Assembly (NCBI GenBank): GCA_030390025.1
Contig: CM059432.1
Span: forward strand, 114,144,001-114,208,000
Origin: Squalus acanthias
Taxonomy: Eukaryota
Length of the DNA stretch: 64,000 bases
Direction: 5' to 3'
Shown here: one piece after another, positions 24,900-36,507 of the stretch
Layout: each line of letters opens with the position of its first letter
Position numbering within the stretch: the stretch's first letter is position 1
The notes under the pieces: generated by a model
The model's input: the letters and a program-made list of their open reading frames with translations, nothing else
Told to the model about the DNA's origin: nothing
Databases searched by the model: none
Program-made: the position numbers and the translations under genes

Positions 24900-26975
24900 G
24901 GGGGTTAAATTGGCTAACCCCCAAAAACGATTAACCCGCGCCCGTTCATTGTGTTGCAGGCAGCACGGTGAATTGGTGCTGCCTGCTGCTTTACAGGATT
25001 GCTGCGTGCAGCCAGCGCTACCCGCGCTGTTCATTGGCTGCACACATCAGCACTACATCAGCAGGGGGACAGATATCACGAGTGGCTAGTGAGCCAGCAC
25101 CTCTTAGAAGGGGAGGTGCATTGTGGCTGCAGGAAGTGATGGGAGTTTTTTGGAAACTGAATCTGGGCTGTGATACTTTGAGCAATGGCTGAACATGTGA
25201 GAGAGCGAGCACCAAGGTTTTCTGGAAGTCTTCGTGAAAGAAGTGGAAAGAAGGAGAGATGTCCTGTATCCGCAGGGGGGCAGGATGCCCTCCAGACAGA
25301 TGCTCAGGAAGTAGTGGGAAGAGGTAGTCGCAGAGGTTAATACTAGGAGAGTTGCTCGAAGCACATGGATGCAGAGCAGGAAGAAGTTTAATGATGTGAC
25401 ACGAGTTGTCAAGATCAATGAGTTCATCTTCAAATGCCATATCCTACCAACTGCACCACTGTATAAGGGACGTCACTGAGACTCTCTACACAGAGCAACA
25501 GTTTAATCTCAATTCTTCTTACATAGAAACATAGAAACATAGAAAATAGGTGCAGGAGTAGACCATTCGGTCCTTCGAGCCTGCACCGCCATTCAATGCG
25601 TTCATGGCTGAACATGCTACCTCAGTACCCCATTCCTGCTTTCTCGCCATACCCCTTGATCCCCCTAGTTGTGAGTATTATATCTAACTCCCTTCTGAAT
25701 ATATTTAGCGAACTGGCCTCAACAACCTTCTGTGGTAGAGAATTCCACAGATTCACCACTCTCTGGGTGAAGAAGTTCCTCCTCATCTAAGTCTTAAATG
25801 GCTTCCCCTTTATCCTTAGACTGTGACCCCTGGTTTTAGTTTTCCCTAACATTGGAAACATTCTGCCCGCATCTAATTTGTCTAAACCAGTCAGGATTTT
25901 AAACGTCTCTATAAGATCCCCCCTCATTCTTCTGAACTCCAGAGGATACAAGTTCAGTTGATCCAGTCTTTCTTGATATGTCAGTCTGGCCATCCCAGGA
26001 ATCAATCTAGTGAACCTTCGTTGCACTCCCTCAATAGCAAGAATGTCCTTCCTCAAGTTAGGAGACCAAAACTGCACACAATACGCCAGGTGTGGCCTCA
26101 CCAAGGCCCTGTACAACTGTAGCATCACCTCCCTACTCCTGTACTCAAATCCCCTTGCTATGAAGGCCATCATGCCATTTGCTTTCTTGACTGCCTGCTG
26201 CACTTGCCTTCCCACCTTCAGTGACTGATGTACCATGACGCCCAGGTCTCGTTGCACCTCCCCTTTCCCTAATCTGCCACCATTCAGGTAATAGTCTGCC
26301 TCCCTATTTTTACCACCAAAGTGGATAACCTCACATTTATCCACATTGTACTTCATCTGCCATACATTTGCCCATTCACCCAACCTGTCCAAGTCACTCT
26401 GTAGCCTCCTAGCATCCTCCTCATTGTTCACACTGCCTCCCAATTTAGTGTCATCCGCAAATTTGGAGATATTACAATTAATCCCTTCGTCCAAATCATT
26501 AATATATAATGTAAACAGCTGGGGCCCCAGCACCTTGCCACAGACAAGCAGGCAGAGCAAGAACGAGGGGTTGCATGGATTACAGGCTTCTCCATTGTGG
26601 AGGGCGCCATTGACTGCATGCACATTGCCTTGCGTGCGCCTCATGTGAACTCAACCATTTTCATGAACTGAAATTTCTGAGGAGAAATTTCTTCACTCAG
26701 AGGGTTGTGAATCTTTGGAATTCTCTACGCCAGAGGGTTGTAGATGCTCAGTCGTTGTGTATATTCAAGACTCAGATCGATAGGGTTATCCACTCATGAC
26801 ATGGTTCATGACTCCAATCCGAAACCCACGCACACATGCACAGCAGGCCTACAATGAGAGCCATGCTACCACAAGCAACATTATAGAGCACACCATCGGC
26901 GTCCTTAAGCAACGCTTCTGCTGCCTGGACCACTCTTGAGGGGCCCTGCAGTATGCAGCTGAGCGGGTATCAGGA
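24900..26975 (+). mobile_element. Decayed PIF/Harbinger element (Myb and transposase remnants on the same strand), disrupted by CR1 pieces
   Basis: Candidate terminus GGGGGTTAAATT. Myb remnant RRDVLYPQGGR..WEEVVAEVN..RSTWMQSRKKFNDVTRVVK (~25190-25415). Transposase remnants GAIDCMHIALRAP (~26600) and GYPLMTWFMTP..AYNESH..IIEHTIGVLKQRF..GALQY (~26783-26970). Confidence 0.8.
25520..26533 (-). mobile_element. CR1 LINE 5'-truncated copy
   Basis: VLGPQLFTLYINDLD..KFADDTKLGG..LVRPHLAYCVQFWSP..RFTRLIPG, with a (TTTCTATG)n tail. Confidence 0.92.
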
Positions 26976-28581
26976 TAAACCAGTCGTTCATCATTCTTTG
27001 TGAGAAGAAGTGCCTCCTGACAACGATCCTGAACTTGCCTGAACTTAGTTAATCAGAGAAGTTCAAGGTTATGAAGGGCAAGTTTAGCACAGACACCATG
27101 AGGTTTTGTCTTCACCAGATGTAATCACCAGATGGAATGGGTTGCCAGAAATGGTAGTTGAGACCAGGACATTGGACTCATTAAAAAAAACTGCTAGATG
27201 GTGAAGTGGGGAAGTGGAAGATTTAGTATTCTGGAAGGATGAAACCAAATGCACTGAAGAGCCTACTTCATTCAAACCAATCTTGTGATCTTATTATCAA
27301 CATGCAAAGTAAAGATTTCTTTGTAGTTTCTCAGAGAAACGTGATGAATAGAGATTTTTTTACAGAATGGAGGAAGATGTGTAGGAGGTTCTAAATCATG
27401 GTGACTTAATGCATTGTGTATTTGTCAGTTCAAGCCAACAGAGATAAGTTATAATCTACCCTGCAACCTACTCAAAACATAACCACTATTATTGATCATT
27501 AAACCTCTAAAGCTAGTTGTACAAACTATGGCAATGACCCATTTTTCCTGCAACAGTGAGATTGTCAACTCACGCGCCGATCTCACCGTTGATAAGTTCC
27601 TCCGTATAAAGAAGCTCGGAGCTATGAAAATTAGCTTCCAACTGTTACTGATGCATGGCACAAAAGTCACAGGAAAATGCGGAGTGCCATAAGTGATGAC
27701 ATAAATCATCTACTCCATAATTTCCTCTTTCTTTTGTCTCTTCAAGGGTCCCGACGATGTAGGTGCGCCATTAAGTTCCCAGGAAAATCTGGGCTAATGG
27801 TATTTAAGTTTGTCACTCTTGGGTAAGTTAAATGGCCAGTTCATGCACAAGACGGGCAGAACTGTAAGGAACTTGCTTCACATTACAACTGCAAAAGAAC
27901 ACCTGAGCTTAGTTGGATCAGATGGTAATGACTTTACAGGTAGCGTCATCATCATTTAGAGGAAAGTACATTCAACTTTCAGATATCTGTGCTGCAAGTC
28001 AGAGAAATAACAACATTGTGCTCAAGAGCTCCTGATAGGTATCTAAAAGGTAGCAAGCCAGAGAATCTAATGTAGATTGTCTCCATTTTGTGCAGGTATT
28101 CCTAGATTCCATAAGACCATCTATCTACATCAGGAACGGCTTTTACTACAAAATGTTCTTCGGTAGCGCCTTTCTAAAATGTCTGCCAAGATTCTCAGAA
28201 AAACTGCGATAGCCAATTTTCTTAGAGTATCTTGGCAGCTACTTCTGAGTGGCAAATTATCTCAATAAGTATACAGAATGAGAAGGGGACAAAGCAAAGA
28301 TAAAAAAAATGAAGGAGAAGTAGAGGAACAGCTTAAGATAAAAAGGAAGGAAGAGAGAATGGCTGCGATTTTATCAATCGAGGCGGGTTGGGTGCAGGTT
28401 TGATGTTCGGCGGGTTCCGGTCCCGCCTCCACTTTCAGCCATCCAGAAACTGCGATTTTTCCTTAAGTGGCCTAATTAATGTCTCTGTGCGTGCTACCCG
28501 GCCCAATTTGTGGGTTCGGGTCTGCTGCTCGCCTCTGCTGACGTCTGTCAGCCAGCTGTATTTAAGGGGCCCATGCAGCAT

Positions 28582-31388
28582 TGAGTCATAGAGTCATAGA
28601 GGCACAGAAGGAGGCCATTTGGCCCATTGAGTCTGTGCAGGCTCTCTGCAGAGCAATCCAGTCAGTCCCATTCACCCGCTCTATCCCCGTAGCTCTGCAA
28701 GTTTATTTCCCTCAAGTGCCTATCCAGTCTCCCCTTGAAAACATTGAGTGTCTCTGCTTCCACCACTTCCGTCGGCAGTGAATTCCAGGTCATCACCACT
28801 CGCTGTGTAAAAAAGTTTTTCCTCACATCCCCCTGTATCTCTTGCCCAAAACCTTAAATCTGTGTCCCCCCTAGTCCTTGTGCCATCAACTACTGGGAAC
28901 AGCCTTTCCCCGTCTAGCCTATCCAAATCCGTCATAATCTTGTACACCTCTATTAAATCACCCCTCAACCTCCTTTGCTCTAATGAAAACAAATCCAGCT
29001 TCTCCAACCTGCCCTTGTAGCTAAGATCCCCCATCCCCGGAACCATTCTGGTAAATCTCCTCTGCACCCTCTCAAGGGCCTTCACATCCTTCCTGAAGTG
29101 TGGTGACCAGAACTGGATGCAATACTCCAGTTGTGGCCTAACCATCGCTTTATAAAGATTCAGCATAACTTCTCTACTTTTGTACTCAATACATCTATTT
29201 ATGAAGCTCAAGATCCCATATGCTTTGTTAACCACTTTCTCAATATGTCCTGCCACCTTCAGGGACCTATGCACATTAACTCCCAGGTCCCTCTGTCCCT
29301 GCACACTCTTTAAAACTGTGCCATTAAGTGTATATTGCCTCTCCCTGTTCCTTTTGCCAAAATGCATCACCTCACACTTCTCTGTATTAAATTCCATCTG
29401 CCACTTGTCTGCCTATTCTGCTAGCCTTTCTATATCCTGTTGCAGTCGATTGATATCATCATCACTGTTTGCCACACCCCCAAGTTTGGTGTCATCGGCA
29501 AATTTAGAAATTCTACTCTGTATTCCAATATCCAGGTCATTTATTTTTATATATATATATATATAAAAAAAAAAAGCAGTGGCCCCAGCACTGACCCTTG
29601 AGGAACACCACTGTCTACCATCCTCCAATCTGAAAAACAGCCATTTACCACAACTCACTGTTTTCTGTCCTTAAGCCAATTCCTTATCCAAGCTGTCACT
29701 GACCCAACTATTCCATGAGCCTCAATTTTGTTAACCAGCCTTCTATGTGGTACTCTGTCAAATGCCTTCCGAAAATCCATGTAGACAACATCCATTGCAT
29801 TCCCTTCATCAATCCTCTCTGTTACTTCATTAAAAAATTCAATTAGATTAGTCAAACACGATCTTCCTTTTACAAACCCGTGTTGGCTTTCCTTAATTAG
29901 CTTAAATCTCTCCAAATGCCCGTTAATTTTTTCCTTGATTATTGTTTCTAAATCTTTACCCACCACTGATGTTAAACTGACCGGCCTGTAGTTACTAGGA
30001 TTGTCCTTACACCCTTTCCTGAACAATGGTGTTACATTTGCCACTTTCCAATCCCCTGCATCTAGGGAAGATTGGAAAATTATGGCAAGCCCTTCCGCTA
30101 TCTCCTCCCCCAATTCCCTTAGCAACCTGGGATGCAAGCCATCTGGACCAGGCGACTTGTCCACTCTAAGCATACCCAGCCTTTCTAGTACATCCTGTCT
30201 ATCAATTTTCACCCCTTCCATTCCTTCTACCTTTTCCACTTCTACCGATATTTTGTCAGCATCCACCTCCTTAGTAAACACCGATGCAAAGTACTCATTG
30301 AGTATTCTAGCCTTGCCCTGTGCATCTAAGCATATATCACCTTCTTTGTCTCTAATAGGCCCCACCCCGCCTCTTACTACCCGCTTACTGTTTACATGCC
30401 GGTAGAAGATTTTTACTATTCTACTCTCATATTCTCTCTTTGCCAATCTGATTTTCATCTTCACATCCCCTCTCAACTTATTGTATTTGGTCTGGTTCTC
30501 CCTTGAAGAATTCACCTGATATGCATCATACACCCTCTTTTTTGTTTCATCATCTTCTCTATCTCCCTCGTCATCCAAGGAGCCCTTGCTTTGGTTCCCT
30601 TACCCTTCCCTCTTGTTGGAATGTACCTAGCCTGTAGTTAGAACATCTCCTCTTTGAAGTTCACCCATTGTTCCGTTACAGTTTTTCCTGTCAGTCTTTG
30701 GTTCCATTTTACCCTGGCTAGATCCTTTCGCATCCCATTGAAGTTAGCCCTATTCCAGTTTAGAAGTTCCACTCTAGATTGTTCCTTGCTCCTCTCCATT
30801 GCTAATCTAAATCTTATTATACAATGATCACTCATACCCAAGTGTTCTCCCACAGACACTTGGTCGACCTGGCCCACCTCATTCCCCAGCACCAGATCCA
30901 GCAATGCCTCCTTCCCAGTTGGGCCAAGAACATATTGGTCAAGGAAATTCTCCTGAACACATTTCAGAAATTCCTCCCCCTCCTTTCCCTTTACCCTAGC
31001 ATTATCCCAATCGATATTTGGGTAATTAAAGTCCCCCAATATCATCACTCTATAGCTCTTGCATATCTCTGCGATTTCCCTGCAGATTTGCTCCTCTACC
31101 TCCCTCTCACGACTTGGAGGCCTGTAGAATACCCCCAATAGCGTGATCATACCCTTTTTGCTCCTCAACTCTAACCAAATGGATTCTGTCCTTGTCCCCT
31201 CAAGAACATCCTCCCTTTCCAACACTACAATGTCTTCCTTAATCAGCACTGCCACCCCACCTCCCTTTTTTCCTTCCCTATCTTTTCGGAACACCTTGTA
31301 CTCTTGAATATTAAGTGCCCAGTCCTCACCATTTTTAAGCCACGTTTCCGTTATTGCCACAACATCATATTGCCACACAGCTAATTGT
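28582..31388 (-). mobile_element. CR1 LINE (most of ORF2: APE + RT), 5'-truncated, nested in the Harbinger
   Basis: YDVVAITETWL, GDFNYP, SDH, YRPVSLTS, QHGFVKG, DFRKAFD, KFADDTK, with a (CTATGACT)n tail. Confidence 0.95.
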
Positions 31389-31434
31389 ATCAATTGCATC
31401 CTTTCCTGCTGCTTCTCCTTTTGAAATTGTAGCC

Positions 31435-33394
31435 ATGACTGCTGCAAGAGCTAAGGCCTCTCCCCGCTTTGATGATGACTCCCTCCATGCTCTTGTGGAG
31501 GGAGTGAGAGGGCACCAGGAGGTACTCTTCCCATCATCCGGACGGAGAAAGCCTCCTCAGCAAAGCAAAGCAGCCTGGCTGCAAATTGCTGAGGAGGTGA
31601 GCTCCAGGTCTTTGTGTGCTCGCTCCTGGGTCCAGTGCAGAAAAAGGTTTAATGACCTGGTACGCTCAGCAAAAGTGAGTATAACATCACACTTACCTTC
31701 AATCTGCTCCCCATCGCCTCTCATCACCAGCACTCTGCATTGTCAACCTACTCCTCCACATCTCACTTTACCCTTACATCCCTTGTACCCTTAACCATCC
31801 CTCTCTCTCTATCTACAGAATCACTTCACTATTCTACTATGCACCCCTCACACTCGCTATCACTGTTATGCAATGACAACAACTAACAACGCACAGGGAG
31901 GGCCCTTGGTATTGGCATCTCACTCTATCTTTGTCTCCCTCTAAGCATCTATGCTATGGATTCTCTACACTCACTCCACCATTCTCACTCAAACTCCACT
32001 TGTGTCCCTCATTGCAGGAAAGGAGAGCCCACAACAAGAGGGTGATGGCCAGGACAGGAGGAGGGCCACCTTCCATTGCTCAGCTGACCACCGCTGAGGA
32101 GGCTGCTCTGGAGATCATAGGAGGTGCTGAGGATCTGGAAGTGGGGGACGGTCAGATTGGCGTAGTAGAGCAAGCTGGTGACAGAATAGATTTGCAGCCC
32201 TCTCAGTTACATTGCATGAGTAACTGATATGGCATCTGATGCTAATACAGATTGAGTTATGATCATCTGCACAATTTGATGTGCATGATACGTTAATATC
32301 ACATGTCTAACTCATGTCTTTACTCCCCCACAGGACCATCGCGAGCCCCCCTCCCCACTGTCCAGGAGGAAGAGCCGGAAGACTCCTCAGAGGAAGCTGC
32401 AACCTCTGAGGGCGCAGTGTCAGCAGAATTAAGCGCACCCAGCACCAGCGCAGAGATGCACACCTCGGTGGGTCCTTCGCGAGATAGAGTAGTGTTGTCA
32501 CCTGGTGTATCACAGCTCACAAGTGTGCATCAGCACTTGGTGGAGACAGGGACAGCAGTTGAGAGTCCTCGTCGGAGGCCGCAGGGCGCTCCTAGCTCTG
32601 CTCAGCTGCATGTGGACCCTGTGCCTCTGGGGCCATCCAGAAAGAGAGCGGTGCTGGAACTCTAGGAACAAGTACAGGAGTCTCTGGCAGGTTTTGCATC
32701 CGGGGTAACTGCGAGTGTGGAGAGGATGGAGGAGTCCATCTCTAACATGAGCACTGCTTTTGTGGAGGCAATGGCGCATAAACGCACCACCATGGATAGG
32801 ATGGCAACCTCCGTGGAAAGGATGGCTAGCTCAGTGGAAAGGATGGCTACGGTCATGGAGGAAATAAGTCACCAGAGTCAGGAAAACATGGTGAATGTTC
32901 AGAATAGAATGACATCTCTGGAGGAGCGATGGGCAGCTATTGAGCAAAGAGACCAGAGCTTCATGGACGTCCTTTTGAGGAGGACTGCCAGTGCAGGTAC
33001 GGGTCCTCATGGCTGCCCTGATGGGCAGCAAGGTGCTGTCCAGCCACTTACTAGCACTGAGGTGCGGCTGACCCATGAGAGGGATGTTGGTGGCAGGCAA
33101 CAAGGAAGTGTGGGCTCCTCTCCAAGCGCTCACACTCCCATGCCACTGTGGATCCCTCGGTCAAAGCCCCACCAGAGTCCTCACCCAACTGAGATGGCCG
33201 TCTCAGCCCCTGCACAGCCGCAGGAGGAGCAGACTGTTGCCGAGCCCTCCCAGGCTCGCAAACCCAGAGGACGCCCGCCAAAGGTGTCAAAGCAGGAGCA
33301 GCATGAAAGTGAGCAAGGTGCCTCCACATCTGCTGAAGCCACAGGGGAAGTACCACGTAGAAGCACGCGTAAGAGAAAGATTAAGCACCTATAG
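31435..33394 (+). pseudogene. Harbinger Myb/SANT-like DNA-binding protein gene, 3 exons (31435-31674, 32018-32177, 32334-33394), one premature stop
   Basis: GT-AG introns with matching phases (0, then 1). SANT-like PRFDDDSL..LV..AW..IAEEV..RSWVQCRKRFNDL, RTGGGP motif, acidic stretch, heptad-repeat region, AT-hook KPRGRPPK and basic C-terminus. In-frame TAG at 32663-32665. 486 codons if read through. Confidence 0.88.
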
Positions 33395-33655
33395 TCACAA
33401 GGGTAGTCACTTGGGTGTTTTGATGTAATACATATTTAATATAATCATCGCCATTTCAATTGCAATAAAGAAACGCGATGGCAAACATTCAAAGAGTTGG
33501 CCTATGTGTGCCCAGAAATGGAAGTGTCACAGTGAGGTGCCAGGGCGCCTTTCATCTGTAATGGTGGTGGTGAGAGTGATAGGAACCCACAGTTTATCGT
33601 ACATTGTGTATGGTGTGTTAAGAAGGTGGCAGCCACATGTGTTTGCTTCGTCAAC

Positions 33656-34838
33656 TTAAGCGAATCTGGCATAGATTAGTGCATCCCTTGCATCACGGGC
33701 AGCAATGTGCTTGCGTGCTGCTGGAACTGGCGCATCTGTCTCCACAAGGTTTTCCTCCTCCTGCTCCTCCTCTGAGGAGGCTATGTGCTGAGCCACTTGT
33801 TCCCGAGGCAGCGGGAAGCCACGCTGCTGTGCGATGTTGTGCAGTGCACAGCAGACCACGATGATTCTGGAGACCCTGGCTGCTGAATACTGTAGGGCTC
33901 CACCTGATCTGTCAAGGTATCTGAATCGCATTTTGAGCAAGCCGATGGTTTGCTTGATGATGGCTCTGGTGGAAATGTGGCTGGCATTGTAGTGCTCCTC
34001 AGCTTCGTTTGATGACCTCCTCAACGGCATCATTAGCCACGTCTTCAGGGGATAGCCCTTGTCCCCAAGTAGCCATCCAGAAAGTTGGGTTGGCGGATTG
34101 AAGAGCTGAGGCACAGTAGACTGCCACAGGATGAATGAGTCATGGCAGCTGCCAGGGTACTTTGCGCAAACATACATAATGTTCTTCCATTGGTCACACA
34201 CCAGCTGGACGTTAAGGGAGTGGAAGCCCTTGCGGTTGACAAATACAGCTGGGTTGTGATGGGGTGTCCTAATGGCCACATGTGTGCAGTCTATGATGCC
34301 CTGCACCCTTGGCAAGCCTGCCATCTTTGCAAAGCCAACTGCACGCACGGTTACACTTGCTTCATCCGTGGAGAAGTGGATGTAATTGTGCGCCTTTGCA
34401 AAGAGGCCATCGGTAACCTGCGTGAGGCAAGTGTGTGTGGCCGACTGGGAGATGCTGCTGATGATCCCTGGAGGGACCTGAAGCAAAAACATTGAGGGCG
34501 GTGGTGACTTTGACCCGCTCCTCTGGGCTCCAGGTGTTGCTGCAGCATTGCGCAGATGTCAGCGACTACCTCTCGCGAAAGTCTCAGCCTCCTTTGGCAC
34601 TGCTGCTCAGTCATGTTGAGGAAGCTCATCCTCTGCCTGTAATCCCTGTGTTGGAGGTATCTCCTGCGGCGAGGTGCAGTCCTGCGCTGACGCCCTCTGC
34701 CCTGTGCAGCATCAGGTGGGTGAGGAGAAGTTGGCGCTCCTGTTTTTGGTGCTGCTGTTGTGCCTGGTTCTGCTGCTGCCGCGGCTGTTCTTCCTCCGAA
34801 TCTGAGGACCAGGATGACAGGGTATAAATGGTTCCCAT
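33656..34838 (-). pseudogene. Harbinger DDE transposase (HARBI1-like family), frameshifted
   Basis: [69 protein letters not shown]. The N-terminal part is spread over several frames. Confidence 0.93.
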
Positions 34839-36507
34839 GCTGCTGATAGATATGTCATTTGAGGACTAGAAGTTATACGCGCTCAGTCAATGTGGGGAGA
34901 GGGTTTTCCCAGGAGGTCACAGTGCATATGGATGTCAGCTTCACCACTTACAAGCTCAGTAGACCTGCAAAAAGTGTTCCAACACCTGAAAAAACAAAGT
35001 TCCGTCATCTGTAAGTCAGCTACGTTAGAGTTCCGTTTTTATGCTGGAGCTGCAGCTGTCAAGAAGTCAGGCACTTGGTGAACCCGGCACAATCAGCTGG
35101 CGTGGTTTGCGAACGGCGTGGAACACGCTGAAAATGTACAAAAATTGAAATACCCTGTTAAAATCGGCTTATCCAGGCAGTTAACAAGCTGTTAACTGCC
35201 TTAAGTGCCTTTCCCGCCACTTGGTGGCAGGACCAATCGGGACTCCCAGAGCCGGCACTTGGTCAAGTAGCGTGGAGGCAGGTTGATGGCGGGATCGCAA
35301 CCCACCGTCAATCAAAAAGATTTTAACCTCTGACCTGCCTCCAAACCCGCCCTCTGAGCGCCGGCAAAATCGCGGCCAATGAGACAGAAAGGTAAGAAAC
35401 CATGGCAAGGAGAAATGAGAAAAGCAGAAGCATTTAAAAGAGAAACAAAAAGACAAAGAAGTAAAGCAATGAGGGTATATGATCAAAGGGAAAGAGAAGC
35501 ATAGTAAATTATAAACATGCAAGGAAAGTGTGGTTGTTCCTGAACTTTCTTTGGCATTTTTGCCACTGGGGTGTGTACAGGAAAGCAGCCAGGATATACA
35601 GGGAATTGAAAAATAGAACATGTTGCATACAAAGAAAAAGATCACAAAATGGGAGTGGGCACCAAGCAAGTTTGTTTCAAGCTAGAGGAGGGAGGTACTG
35701 AGCCAAGATAAAGCATCTCTGGTGGGGGAAGGAATACTGATGAGGTGAAATTTAGGTACTCTTGTCTCCCCGCCTGGGATGGTTAAGAGCAATATTGGGG
35801 TTGTCCTGGAAACAGACCATCTGTTTTAACATCTAGGACACAGGAGGCATATGGCTGGGATGAGGAGGGGTGGAATCAACAACTGAACGCAATTAGGGAG
35901 AATGCCCTCATAAAATGCCCTTGCAATACAGTCTTCCTCATTTGACAAATGGTGCTGCACTTTCTGATTAAACATATTTTATGACACTCAATGACCCGCA
36001 ACAGCGCTGAGAGGTATGCTGTAATATTTAAACACTGAACAAACTCACACTCACGCTTGCAGTTTTATGACAGGCAGCATTTCTCTACCTTGTTTATGTT
36101 TAAACAATTTGCGTTTTGACAATGGTATATTGACCTGAATTTAGTCTGATTTCAACGTGATCATCGTGATTAGAAAATTGGGTGTGGCATGAATCAGGTG
36201 CACTGACCTGCAGGAGATGAGGTTTGCAATTTGAGAGCTTAAATGTAGTGCTGTAGGGTCCAACCTAGTCCTTCCAAGACTGTTATACGTGGCAAATAGC
36301 TGCTTTTAGTTGTTCCTTTCAACATTGGTGATTTAAAAAATCTTTTAACTATCTTAATCATCAGGAAACATGGCAAGGGTGAAAAAGCATAGGTCGACCA
36401 CAGTGATGCTTTCTTTATAATTAACAATCTTTTTTTTAATACAAATAAAATCACCCCATTCACAGTGCAGCTCTTTTTGCTTCTAAAAGTGGGAAAAAAA
36501 CTCAACA

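Larger units (their letters stand above)
28361..35377. mobile_element. Full-length two-gene PIF/Harbinger DNA transposon (inactivated) carrying a nested CR1
   Basis: TIRs GGCTGCGATTTT / AAAATCGCGGCC, AAT duplicated on both sides, and purine-rich flanks continuous across the site. Contains a Myb/SANT gene (+) and a DDE transposase (-). Confidence 0.93.

Noticed and set aside
25787..26644. Novel N-terminus fused to an RT ORF (also 47280-48035 and 30638-31447)
   Set aside because: Chance read-through across insertion junctions into antisense Harbinger or CR1 ORF1 sequence.
33656..34492. Domesticated HARBI1 host gene
   Set aside because: It lies between TIRs with a TSD, next to a Myb partner, has frameshifts and an E-to-K catalytic change. 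It is a transposon copy.
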